The notes beneath the pieces are model-generated. The model saw only the letters and a list, made by a program, of their open reading frames with translations. It made no database searches and had not been told where the DNA came from. Of a stretch of DNA of 64,000 bases, positions 29,014 through 38,026 are shown piece after piece. The stretch comes from an uncultured Thermoplasmata archaeon. Its GTDB lineage: Archaea > Thermoplasmatota > Thermoplasmata > Lutacidiplasmatales > UBA184. Numbering within the stretch: the first letter of the stretch is position 1; each line of letters starts with the position of its first letter. The position numbers and the translations under genes are program-made. The DNA lies in contig CAWBEU010000007.1 of NCBI GenBank assembly GCA_963787975.1, positions 21,640 to 85,639 on the forward strand, in the 5' to 3' direction.

Positions 29014-29766
29014 TCACCCGCGGGAAGGCGTTTTCCTCGCTATCCACCATTGGTCGATGTAGACCGTGCTTGTACCGAGGAGGAGAAGGGCCCCGAACAC
29101 CGCGACAACCCCGACGGTGAAGGTGTCGCTTGGCAGGTTGATTCCGAGGAACCAAACGAGCCCGCCCACGAGTATTCCCGCGCCAACGATCCCGGCTGGC
29201 CAGAATCGTGGGCCCAGACGCATCATGAGAGGGATCGAACCGCCGACGATGAGAACCGCGACGAGCGTTTGGGCGTATGGCCAGAGATAAGGGCCGTATG
29301 TTACACAGTGGGAGAACGCCCCCGACGAGACGCATGCCGTAACCGTTCCCACGTTGCTTGACGCGTAGGCGTTGTCCACGACAAGCAGGACCGCCGCACC
29401 TACCAATCCAAGGGAGGCGAGCGTCACCTGCTTTCCCACTGAGTGAGTGGTGCCGTCGAATCCGACCATCATGCCAATGCTGAATCCGGCGAGGGCCCCG
29501 AGGAATAGAAGGGGCAATGCGAGCGTGTACATGTCGGCCAGAAACAAGCCCAAAGACAGCCCGAGCAGGAGCGATTGGCTCGCGACGATGGGACCCGTCA
29601 GATTGGGTCGAACGAATACCAAGAGCGGAAACCAACCGAGCGCAAGAATCAATTGCCAGTCCACCAAAGGTCCCCACGTCGGCAAACAGGTTGCGATGCC
29701 AGAACATCCGTCCAGACTTGCCGGATAAATCGCGAAGAGGGAGGCTGCCTCGAGGTTCAGGGCCAC
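29014..29766 (-). CDS. Hypothetical multi-pass membrane protein
   Basis: About 7-8 hydrophobic segments. Confidence 0.6.
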   Translation of the reverse strand: MALNLEAASLFAIYPASLDGCSGIATCLPTWGPLVDWQLILALGWFPLLVFVRPNLTGPIVASQSLLLGLSLGLFLADMYTLALPLLFLGALAGFSIGMMVGFDGTTHSVGKQVTLASLGLVGAAVLLVVDNAYASSNVGTVTACVSSGAFSHCVTYGPYLWPYAQTLVAVLIVGGSIPLMMRLGPRFWPAGIVGAGILVGGLVWFLGINLPSDTFTVGVVAVFGALLLLGTSTVYIDQWWIARKTPSRG

Positions 29767-30058
29767 GGAAACGACGGCCCACCCTCGGATAGTTGGAGAG
29801 GCTCCGATAACTCACCCTAGAGGGTAGTATCCGTTACTAGCGTCAAGAACCTGCCTGCGGTCAGGCATTTTGCTCGGGCACCGACTCGGTTCATGGCGGT
29901 CTCTCGGCCGAACCACTCTTCCTTGACGTGAAACCGGGTCCCGAACGACCCGGAGGGGGGTTTTTCCTCGGCGGAGAGCGCGCTACTCTAAACACGCAAC
30001 CGACCTTGCACCTACCGCCAATCTTCATCCTCCCTATTCATTATCGAGGACGGGATGC

Positions 30059-30661
30059 GTGATGGGGGTTCCCGAAGGACTTGGTCCAGAGAGCTACCGC
30101 GGCACATCGCTTCGGCGGGTGAACTGGTCGAAAGACACGGACACCGTTCGCCGGCTTTTCCAGGGTTACCGCCAGTGGCTCTCCGACCACCGAGATTCCG
30201 CACCTGCAGCCGATTCGAGAGTGAGGGTCGGATTCGGGCAGATCGACAAGCAGATCGCGGAGCTGCCTGGATCCTATGGGCCACCCCGCGGGGAGATCAT
30301 TCTTGCTTTTGCAAAGAAGGCGGTGGTGGCGTGCGGCGCTCTCCGGGAACTGAAACCAAAAGTCGCGGAGATCAAGCGAATCTACGTGCGGGCCGACCAC
30401 CGGGGGCTGGGGTTCGGGCCTCGCCTCACCCGCGCGCTTCTCCGCCGCGCGCGCGAACTCGGCTACGAGCGAGTACGGGTCGATACACTCCCAACAATGT
30501 ACGCGGCCATTCAGTTCTATCAGGAGCTGGGGTTCGCCCCAATCCCCGCCTATTGGGACCACCCTGTTTCTGGCGCACTATTCTTTGAGTACAAGGTCGG
30601 GAAACCAACGGCTGTATCTCTCCGGCGCAGAGCTTCGGGTTGGAGCCGCTCCGGAAAGTAG
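30059..30661 (+). CDS. GNAT N-acetyltransferase
   Basis: AEIKRIYVRADHRGLGFG, AAIQFYQELGF. Confidence 0.9.
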   Translation: MMGVPEGLGPESYRGTSLRRVNWSKDTDTVRRLFQGYRQWLSDHRDSAPAADSRVRVGFGQIDKQIAELPGSYGPPRGEIILAFAKKAVVACGALRELKPKVAEIKRIYVRADHRGLGFGPRLTRALLRRARELGYERVRVDTLPTMYAAIQFYQELGFAPIPAYWDHPVSGALFFEYKVGKPTAVSLRRRASGWSRSGK

Positions 30662-30850
30662 TCGTGCCCCGGTGGGTGCAATGGACCTTGCGCCCACTTT
30701 CGGTCGCGCCACGGGGAGGGCAGTCGCAGGCTTATCCTCAGTCCTCTGCGCCTGATCATGGGGGAGTCATCGGCCTACGAGGGACTGTTTCAACCCCTCT
30801 AGGGCAGACCAAGATACCCCCTATCATGTTTCACAAACGGGCAAAGGTCA

Positions 30851-31609
30851 ATGAGCTTGCATGCATCGTGCTGGAGTGGGGACGAAGTGCAGACGGATGT
30901 TGCTGCTAATGGAACCCTCGTTCGCCTAGTGACGCCGCAGGAGCTTCTCGGCCCCTTGACGGACCAAGAATTGAAGTTCGCTCCTCCGAAGCTCTACGTC
31001 ACCGGGCGACTCCACCTCCCCTTGTTGCACCCCAGAGTGGCGATCGTCGGAACCCGCCGCCCTTCCGCCGAGGGCGTCCAGGTTGCCACAAAGATTGCCA
31101 CCACGCTAGCTGAGAACGGGGTGATTGTAGTGAGCGGCCTCGCGAGGGGGATCGATACCGCTGCGCACACCGCAGCGATCGAGGCGGATGGTACGACGAT
31201 CGCTGTCTTGGGCACCCCACTTTCCCGCTTCTACCCCGCCGAGAACGCCGACCTTCAGCGGCGAATCATGCGGGAGCATCTCGCAGTGAGTCAGTTCCCC
31301 GAAGAGGCTCCCGTCCGCCCTGGCAACTTCGTTGTCAGGAATCGGACCATGGCACTCATCGCGGACGCTTCTGTCATCGTCGAAAGCGGCGAGGGAGGCG
31401 GCTCGCTCGATCAAGGTTGGGAAACCCTCCGTCTAGGGCGACCTCTGTTCGTCCACACTCGGGAGTTCGAGAAGTCGGGCCTGGAGTGGCCGAGCAAAAT
31501 GGCGCGTTACGGCGCTGTTCGCTTCAGGGAGCCGACCGACATTCTAGACCAGATTCCTACCGCCACCCCGAGCCCGGACCTTGCAGTCTCTATCTTGGAC
31601 ACGGCTTGA
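30851..31609 (+). CDS. dprA: DprA/SMF-family protein (Rossmann domain only)
   Basis: VAIVGTR, VVSGLARGIDTAAH, VLGTPL..YPAEN, FVVRNR, VIVESGEGGGSL; no C-terminal winged helix. Confidence 0.9.
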   Translation: MSLHASCWSGDEVQTDVAANGTLVRLVTPQELLGPLTDQELKFAPPKLYVTGRLHLPLLHPRVAIVGTRRPSAEGVQVATKIATTLAENGVIVVSGLARGIDTAAHTAAIEADGTTIAVLGTPLSRFYPAENADLQRRIMREHLAVSQFPEEAPVRPGNFVVRNRTMALIADASVIVESGEGGGSLDQGWETLRLGRPLFVHTREFEKSGLEWPSKMARYGAVRFREPTDILDQIPTATPSPDLAVSILDTA

Positions 31610-32261
31610 ATTCGCTTCGCTCCTCGCCTATTGCCCCCGTCCTGGGGATATCGGAGAAACCCGGCGGACCGAGGCCCGGCTTTCTCGGAATCTCGTTCTA
31701 TCGCTCAAGGATGGTCGACTAGTTGGACAGCCACCGGAGCCGGTTTCGCGTCGCATCGCACTCCATTTGCGGGCCTCCCCATCGATCGCCACAAAGTTCT
31801 CGGCGTTCTTGGGCCCGTCGGCGATTCTGGTACCTGTGCCGAGGAGTTCACTCCTAACAAAGGGGGGACTTTGGGTCCCTGAGCGGTTAGCCGAGGAGTT
31901 GGTTAGGTGTGGACTCGGGAACCGCGTGGCCCGGTTGCTTGAGAGAACCGAACCAATCCCTAAGGCGGCGACGAGTATTTCGGCGGAACGACCCACGGCT
32001 CTAAGAAACTACCAGACGCTACGCGTCAGAAGGGAGCTCGAACCGCCAACGACACTCACGTTAATCGACGACGTCGTGACCGCGGGTGCCACACTCATGG
32101 GATCGGCCAATCGGCTGTTAGACGCCTATCCAACCGCCTCCGTTCGGGGATTCGCCGCCGCCCGGACCATAACGGATGCTACGGACTTTCATGCGACCAT
32201 CGAGCCTGTTGTTGGAACGATATCTTTGCGCCCCAACGGTCGCACCCACCGAGATCCGTAG
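31581..32261 (+). CDS. Type I phosphoribosyltransferase (ComF/ShosT-like)
   Basis: LVPVPRS, PRPP-binding LIDDVVTAGATL; overlaps the dprA end by 29 nt. Confidence 0.85.
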   Translation: MQSLSWTRLEFASLLAYCPRPGDIGETRRTEARLSRNLVLSLKDGRLVGQPPEPVSRRIALHLRASPSIATKFSAFLGPSAILVPVPRSSLLTKGGLWVPERLAEELVRCGLGNRVARLLERTEPIPKAATSISAERPTALRNYQTLRVRRELEPPTTLTLIDDVVTAGATLMGSANRLLDAYPTASVRGFAAARTITDATDFHATIEPVVGTISLRPNGRTHRDP

Positions 32262-32543
32262 TACTGAGTGACGGCCACGTTCCCTGGACGAGCTAGTATC
32301 CCCGCCTGTTCGACCCGCAGATCTCTCACAAGTTGGGTGGGGATGCACGGCGGAAGCAAAGTCGCCCGCCGAAGGGAAGCAGGCAGGGGGGTGCCGATTC
32401 TACTCCCACATCGAGTTAATTGTAAGAGGCATTGCACCTCCAAGGACCCCGCCTGCCTGGTACTGCTCCGTCAAGCGTCGGTCACGCCACCCAAGTCAGA
32501 CAGCATGGGGTGGTCGAGAGAGACACAATTCTCTTAGGGACAC

Positions 32544-33101
32544 GTGACCTCTTGCTTCTCGCCACGGGGGGATCGGTCGTTGAGCGAGATGGTAGTCCGC
32601 ACAAGGCAATCCTTCTCTTCTTCGGCCAGCATCGTGTGGTCGCTGATTTGCAATTCGCGAATGGCCGACACATCCACCCTGTTGTTCAAGTTGGGCGTTC
32701 CTCAACCCGTGGAGTGTCGTGTGCCGGATGGCCACGGCGGGGTGGGGAGCGAACGGGAGTGTGTGTCGGACCAGGGGATTGTCCATCAGCGAATTCTCGA
32801 GTGGGTGCCGGAGAAGCGCCTATCATTCCGCATGGAAAGGACGGACTTGCACTTCCAGCGTTATGTGAGTGAAATCGTGGATACGTTTGATTTCGTTGCG
32901 ACGAGCGAGGGAGTCGGGGTAACGCGCACGACCCAAGTCTGGACGAAAGGACATTTCCAGCTTCTGAAGAAATTCGCTCTCTTCCTCAGCTTGACGCAGG
33001 TACATCGCTACGTCTTTCGAAATTGGCGTCGCCTGGCGAAACGAGGGAGTCCTATCCTAAATCCACTGGGGAGCGGGTCATCCACCACACCCGTGCCTTG
33101 A
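32544..33101 (+). CDS. SRPBCC/polyketide-cyclase-like protein (start uncertain, possibly ATG 32589)
   Basis: IVWSLI...LFKLGVPQPVECR...GGVGSERECV...ILEWVPEKRLSFRM. Confidence 0.65.
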   Translation: MTSCFSPRGDRSLSEMVVRTRQSFSSSASIVWSLICNSRMADTSTLLFKLGVPQPVECRVPDGHGGVGSERECVSDQGIVHQRILEWVPEKRLSFRMERTDLHFQRYVSEIVDTFDFVATSEGVGVTRTTQVWTKGHFQLLKKFALFLSLTQVHRYVFRNWRRLAKRGSPILNPLGSGSSTTPVP

Positions 33102-33297
33102 ACTCTCGGGTAAGTTGAGATCGACGCTGGCCGAGGCCGTCGGGCCAACGGCCACTCGAAAGGTCAGCGATTCGCTGCGAGGAGCGCCGTGAGTTTGAGC
33201 GGCTGTAAGCAGCATTGCACCCCGATGCGGTGGGTTGGCTGCAAAGGTGGTTCCCCTTGCGGCCTGTTCACCGTTCATCGGTTTCGGTAAGGTGATA

Positions 33298-33317
33298 TAG
33301 TAGGGAGTTCCCTACTA
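33298..33317. promoter_or_regulatory. Perfect inverted repeat TAGTAGGGA-GT-TCCCTACTA, candidate VapB operator
   Basis: 9-bp arms with a 2-bp spacer, 21 nt before the antitoxin ATG; extra half-site GTAGGGA at 33322. Confidence 0.7.
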
Positions 33318-33338
33318 ATAGGTAGGGAAAAAGGTCGC

Positions 33339-33593
33339 ATGCCGACCGAGATCGGGACGGTCAGCACCAAGGGACAAGTGACGGTACCGAAGGAGATCCG
33401 TGAAGCGCTCCACATCCGGGCCGGCGACAGGCTCCTCTTCGATCTCGAAGGAGGAGATCGCGCCCTGGTGCGCAAAGCAGAACCCCAACGGCTGAGCGCT
33501 ATACTCGATCGGCTCGGGTCGACCGAGGAGACCGGTCTCCAGACACAGCGGAGGCTACGAGGTGAGTGGGTCAGCCGTACTCGTCGACACTAA
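33339..33593 (+). CDS. vapB: AbrB/MazE/SpoVT-type antitoxin
   Basis: VSTKGQVTVPKEIREALHIRAGDRLLF. Confidence 0.9.
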   Translation: MPTEIGTVSTKGQVTVPKEIREALHIRAGDRLLFDLEGGDRALVRKAEPQRLSAILDRLGSTEETGLQTQRRLRGEWVSRTRRH

Positions 33594-33987
33594 CGTCTTT
33601 GTGTCGGCGCGGAACCGGCAAGAGCGGGGGTGCTCCGCTTGCCGAGAACTCCTAGATCGCATCGATAACGGGGAGCTTCAGGCGATCGTCTCCACCGTAA
33701 CGATCGCAGAGCTGCGGGTCGGCGTCCGGCCGCAGGATGTGCCTACATTCTGGCGGGCGATCCTGACCCATCTCCTCACCTCAGCGAACTTCCGCGTTGA
33801 GCCGGTGGGAGTGGACATTGCGGAAGCGGCTGGAGAGCTGCGCGCTACCTTCCGGTTGACTCTGCCCGATGCCCTCATCGTGGCCACCGGCCGGCTCGCG
33901 GGAGCATCGTGCTTGGTCACTCAGGATACTGCGCTTGCCACCCAACAGCGCGTTCTTCCGGTCCGAGCTCCCTCCGACGCGGCTTGA
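33562..33987 (+). CDS. vapC: PIN-domain toxin
   Basis: VLVDTNVF, STVTIAEL, LTLPDALIVAT, LVTQD; overlaps the antitoxin. Confidence 0.9.
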   Translation: MSGSAVLVDTNVFVSARNRQERGCSACRELLDRIDNGELQAIVSTVTIAELRVGVRPQDVPTFWRAILTHLLTSANFRVEPVGVDIAEAAGELRATFRLTLPDALIVATGRLAGASCLVTQDTALATQQRVLPVRAPSDAA

Positions 33988-34103
33988 TTTTACCCTGCAC
34001 AAGCAGAGCGTCGTCCGGTGGGCGCAAGATGCATCGCACCCACCCCTAATTCATAGCCACGGGTTTGAATACCCACCATCGCATCGCCCGGCGAGGGACT
34101 CCC

Positions 34104-34262
34104 ATGCCGACAGAGCACAAGGAACTAGTCGCGTTGCACAAGGAGCTCGACGCGCTCCACAAGGAAGTCGATACCATCCACAAGAAGATTCACTCCGAGG
34201 TGGACAAGCTCCACGAAGTCGTCGACAAGCTACACAAGGAAGTTCACCACAAGAAGAAGTAG
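34104..34262 (+). CDS. 52-aa His-rich coiled-coil micro-protein
   Basis: MPTEHKELVALHKELDALHKEVDTIHKKIHSEVDKLHEVVDKLHKEVHHKKK; GAGGGA just upstream. Confidence 0.7.
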   Translation: MPTEHKELVALHKELDALHKEVDTIHKKIHSEVDKLHEVVDKLHKEVHHKKK

Positions 34263-34357
34263 ATCGCGTGCAGGCTACGTTCTGGGTACAACAGGCATCG
34301 CAGCCTAGAGGCCTCAGTTTCCTCGCAAGACGTAGGCATCGTCAGTGGGTCTACGGG

Positions 34358-35707
34358 TCACGCTGACCCTGACCGGCGCCGCCGATTTCGAACCCAGACC
34401 GCCAGGGCGACGATTCCGCCCACCGTGAGCTGGAATACCGTCAATTCGCCCAACACGGGCGGTAGCCAGAGGAGAGAGGTCAGAACCGGGACCGTCCCAT
34501 GGTGGAGTTGCACCAACAGGCCGGGACCCAGCTGGTAGATCGCGTAGGTCGAGAAGATCTGGTCGGTGATGGGGTCGTAGGTCGAGCTGGCCTCCGGTCC
34601 ATTCCCGTAGTCGAAGGTGGTGCCCACCAGGGACAAGGTCGAGAGGTTGAGGGAGAAGAGTCCGACCGTAATGACCAAGTAAGCGTCTCCATGGGACGGG
34701 TCGACCAGGATCTCATTGACGTCGTTGGGGGAGGCACAGTCATTTTGGACGCACGAAGGGATCGTGAATCGAGCTTCGAGCGCAAATGAAGCGGCATCGA
34801 AGACGCTCACGACGCTCGCGTTGCTTTCCGGCGTACTCAGATCGACGGAGGACGCAAACAATTGGTTGGTTGCCGGATCGATCGCAAGAGTTTGGAGGGG
34901 GGCAGGCAGCGCCATCGAGGCTTCGACCGCCCCGTTCGAAGGGTTGACGGAGAGGAGACCATCCGTCGTGGAGGGAACGATCAGGCTGTTCGTGGCCGGA
35001 TCGTAAGCCAGAGTGGAGGCGAACGACTGCCTGCCGTCGCTGGAATTGACCGTAGCTCCGGAGATCTGCAGCGCCCGGCCCACCACGCCCGTCGTAGCAT
35101 TGATGGGGAGCAGACCATGGCCCTCTCCGGCGTATAGCGTGCCCGTCGCCGAATCGTAGGTTAGGGAGGTGGGGAGCCCGGCGCCGGAGATGTTGAGCAC
35201 TACCGACTGGGTAACGTAGTTCACGGCGAGGATGGAGGCCCAGGGCTGGGTGAGGTTGTAGCACGGCAGGAAGACAATGTCCCCCGACCCCGGGAAGTAC
35301 GGATTCTCCGGGAAGCAGTTGAGTTTCAGGGCGGTGCCGTACCCTGGCTGGGCGGGATTGAATTCGACGAGATCATTTCGGCTTCCGTTGCAAAAGTTCT
35401 GACACTGGCCCTCGGACAACATCACGACATTCGCCGAGGAGATGTACGAAACTCCGATGGGGTACGCGCACCAACGGAACTGAGCTTGCGAGGGGCAGTT
35501 GAAATTGTCCCAGTCTGCCGCCGCGCTGACCCGTTGCTCCGGGGTCAAGGTGTACAGGCCGTCGGCCAGATCATAACCAGATGACGACGTCGCGAGGCGC
35601 TGAGGAGCGGCGGCGGACAGGAACGCGGGAAGCGTGGGCAGGCAAAGCAGCACAGCCACCGCGACGATTTTAGCGAATCTCGACGCTCGGCCCCCCGTCG
35701 CGGGCAT
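34358..35707 (-). CDS. Secreted YVTN/YncE-like beta-propeller with C-terminal membrane anchor
   Basis: Signal peptide, repeated YDPATN.LY/IF motifs, C-terminal TM segment + RNRRRR. Confidence 0.7.
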   Translation of the reverse strand: MPATGGRASRFAKIVAVAVLLCLPTLPAFLSAAAPQRLATSSSGYDLADGLYTLTPEQRVSAAADWDNFNCPSQAQFRWCAYPIGVSYISSANVVMLSEGQCQNFCNGSRNDLVEFNPAQPGYGTALKLNCFPENPYFPGSGDIVFLPCYNLTQPWASILAVNYVTQSVVLNISGAGLPTSLTYDSATGTLYAGEGHGLLPINATTGVVGRALQISGATVNSSDGRQSFASTLAYDPATNSLIVPSTTDGLLSVNPSNGAVEASMALPAPLQTLAIDPATNQLFASSVDLSTPESNASVVSVFDAASFALEARFTIPSCVQNDCASPNDVNEILVDPSHGDAYLVITVGLFSLNLSTLSLVGTTFDYGNGPEASSTYDPITDQIFSTYAIYQLGPGLLVQLHHGTVPVLTSLLWLPPVLGELTVFQLTVGGIVALAVWVRNRRRRSGSA

Positions 35708-35841
35708 TTTTCTCCTCAGACGCTCGAGGGGCTTAAACTAGTGCGACAGTCGAAGTTTCCGGCGCGCGGACAGCGACAGTCGACATCCGAAAGTTGCAAA
35801 CAGCATTGCGCCCACTCTTTCTGAGCAACCTCGACCGGATC

Positions 35842-36405
35842 CTATCCGGTCGGGGTGAGGTACCTGAGAAAATCGCGATGTTCGCGGCCGATCCGTAAGG
35901 AGCGTAGCTGGGCTCTCGGAACGAATCGCAACTCGGACCAACCTGGATCCACCCGGGGAGTTCGCGACGCTCGCACCTCGTAGACAAACCCGATGGCCCA
36001 GTGGTAGAGCTGGCGACGCCGCCGGCCGACCCCCTTCCACTGGCCGGTCGGCATCCGGCACGAGTCGACACCCACCAGGCGAGGGCGTGGGTTGGAGAGG
36101 CCGGCCCAGGTTCGCGCGATCCGCTTCGCCCCATGTTCCGGGTCCTCTCCGACGAGCAGGTGCGTTGCCGGTAGAGTCCAAGCTCCGTCGCGTGCGAGAT
36201 CACGGATTCGCCACACCCCGACGCCGCCTTTCTCAGGCCAGTTGCGATGCGGTCGGGGTCGTCCGAAGAGCACGTCCCCCCGGCGATTCTGAACCAGAAC
36301 GAACGCGGAGAGACACAGTCCCCCCGGCGGTACGTGGATGAGCCACTTCCGGTTCGTCGGACCAATCCGCGCCCATCGGGTGGTTGCTGGCTCCATTCCG
36401 CCCAC
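35842..36405 (-). CDS. Nudix-fold protein with degenerate Nudix box
   Basis: LSAFVLVQNRRGDVLF...WTLPATHLLVGEDPEHGAKRIARTWAG...VDPGWSELRF. Confidence 0.6.
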   Translation of the reverse strand: MGGMEPATTRWARIGPTNRKWLIHVPPGGLCLSAFVLVQNRRGDVLFGRPRPHRNWPEKGGVGVWRIRDLARDGAWTLPATHLLVGEDPEHGAKRIARTWAGLSNPRPRLVGVDSCRMPTGQWKGVGRRRRQLYHWAIGFVYEVRASRTPRVDPGWSELRFVPRAQLRSLRIGREHRDFLRYLTPTG

Positions 36406-36545
36406 CGATAAGTTCGCTCCGTATAGAGGGCTACTCAGAGGAGGTCAATCCGGGAAGCAGGTGCAACACGCATTGCACCCAGAACCGCGGCGAAGGTAAT
36501 ATCGCGCCTTACGTTCTCGCGCTCCTACGTCCTTGGGGCGAGACA

Positions 36546-37004
36546 ATGGGTTCCTGGCCTCCTCCGCTCTACGAGATTCGCGTGACCTTTCACGCTCCCC
36601 TACCGTACGTCTTTCGTTGGCTCACGGACTATTCGCCGCAGGATCCGGCGCTGGAGAAGGGAACATACCAGCGCAAGGTCATCGAGCGGGGTCGAAAACG
36701 GGCTGTGCTCGAGGATCTGTCGGAGACGAAGAACGGCTGGGAGTGGTACCGATCGGTCGTCACCCTCCATCCACCGGACCGTTGGCACGCCGAGTTGCGG
36801 GGAAACGTCCCGGATTGGAGCCTCGACTACCGCCTGACTCCCCTCGCCGCCGGTCAGACCCGTCTCACGATCCGGTGGCACATCCGACCGCAAGCTAGGT
36901 TTCCATACCACGCGATTCCGCCGAAGGCGGTTACGGAACGAATGATGCGTCGGCTCTGGAAGCATTTCGCCGAAGCGCTCGACCGAGACTATCGCCGAGC
37001 GTAG
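36546..37004 (+). CDS. START/SRPBCC-like protein, family X copy B
   Basis: FHAPLPYVFRWLTDY..QDPAL...EDL...GWEWYRSVVTLHPPDRWHAE.RGN..DWSLDYRL. Confidence 0.7.
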   Translation: MGSWPPPLYEIRVTFHAPLPYVFRWLTDYSPQDPALEKGTYQRKVIERGRKRAVLEDLSETKNGWEWYRSVVTLHPPDRWHAELRGNVPDWSLDYRLTPLAAGQTRLTIRWHIRPQARFPYHAIPPKAVTERMMRRLWKHFAEALDRDYRRA

Positions 37005-37091
37005 TGGAGCCGGACCCGCGATGAGCGATCCGGCCACGGCGTCCCGCCTCCGTGCGCCATCGACGATCTGGTCCAGCAAGACGGTGAGTTG

Positions 37092-37558
37092 ATGACCCGC
37101 TGGCCTTCTCCCCTCTACGAGATCACCACCGTTTTCCGTACCCCCCTCCCATTCGCCTTCCGCTGGTACACGGATTTTCACCCGCGGACCCGGGCCTTGC
37201 CGGATTCACTAGTCAGCGGAAGCCGGTGAAAAAAACCGCGCGTCAGATCGTCTTCGAGGATCTCTCCGACGAGCCCAAGGGTTGGGACTGGACCCGGTGG
37301 GTGGCCACCCTCCACCCTCCGGACCGATGGCACGTGGAAGGGAAGGGAAGCCGCGGTGACTGGACCATCGACTACCGTCTGACGGCGCTGGATGACGAGC
37401 GGACGGAACTCGCGATTCGAGGACGGCGAAGGCCGGCGGCCATCGGCCCGGCTAACCCGCGGAAAGCCGGATTCGAACGCGATATGGGCGTCATGTGGAG
37501 GACCTATGGCCGCGTGCTCGAACGGGACCATCGACGGCGGCCGCGTCGCCGTCGATAA
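37092..37558 (+). CDS. START/SRPBCC-like protein, family X copy C (frameshift near 37185)
   Basis: ATG 37092 gives MTRWPSPLYEITTVFRTPLPFAFRWYTDFHP, then shifts into DPGLAGFTSQRKPVKKTARQIVFEDL...GWDWTRWVATLHPPDRW. Confidence 0.65.
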
Positions 37559-37705
37559 GGGATAGCCCGCCCGCATCGGCCCGCGCCAGGTTCCGCCCGT
37601 TGATCCGCCCCGGAGGCGTGGGTGCAAGCCGGCTTGGGTCCTCCGAATAGGACCGAGCCCCGAGCGCGTGCTCCGGGCAAACAGGACTTACATAGGAACG
37701 CCGGG

Positions 37706-38026
37706 ATGCGGCCCCGAGCAACCTTGGGCGCGTACTTCGTAGCCGACGTGGATTGGCACGATGAGGAAAAGTACGCCCAGTATGTGGAGACGTTCTCCGC
37801 GGTCCTCAAGAAGTATGGCGGTCGAACCCTGGCTACGGATCACGAGCCGAGGACCGTGGAAGGAAACTGGAAGCTCCACACGCTCGTCATCCTCGAGTTC
37901 AAGGACATGGAAGCCCTGAACACGTGGTACGGCTCGCCCGAGTACGCTCCCTTACAGTCGCTCCGCGAAGCAGGGGCCGTTACGAACGTCGTGACGGTAC
38001 GAGGAGTCCCAGCGCCCAGCGGTTGA
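37706..38026 (+). CDS. DUF1330 family protein
   Basis: KYGGRTL...VEGNW...VILEFKDMEALNTWYGSPEYAPL..LR. Confidence 0.85.
   Translation: MRPRATLGAYFVADVDWHDEEKYAQYVETFSAVLKKYGGRTLATDHEPRTVEGNWKLHTLVILEFKDMEALNTWYGSPEYAPLQSLREAGAVTNVVTVRGVPAPSG

Noticed and set aside
30851-32261. Natural-competence locus (dprA-comF)
   Set aside because: The PRTase lacks the ComF zinc finger, DprA lacks its C-terminal domain, and no pilin/ComEC genes are in the window; the TA/defence reading is preferred but unproven.
32440-32545. Possible IS110/IS1111 non-coding end upstream of the SRPBCC gene
   Set aside because: Only a vague recollected resemblance; no transposase remnant or terminal repeats are visible. An ISfinder search would be needed.
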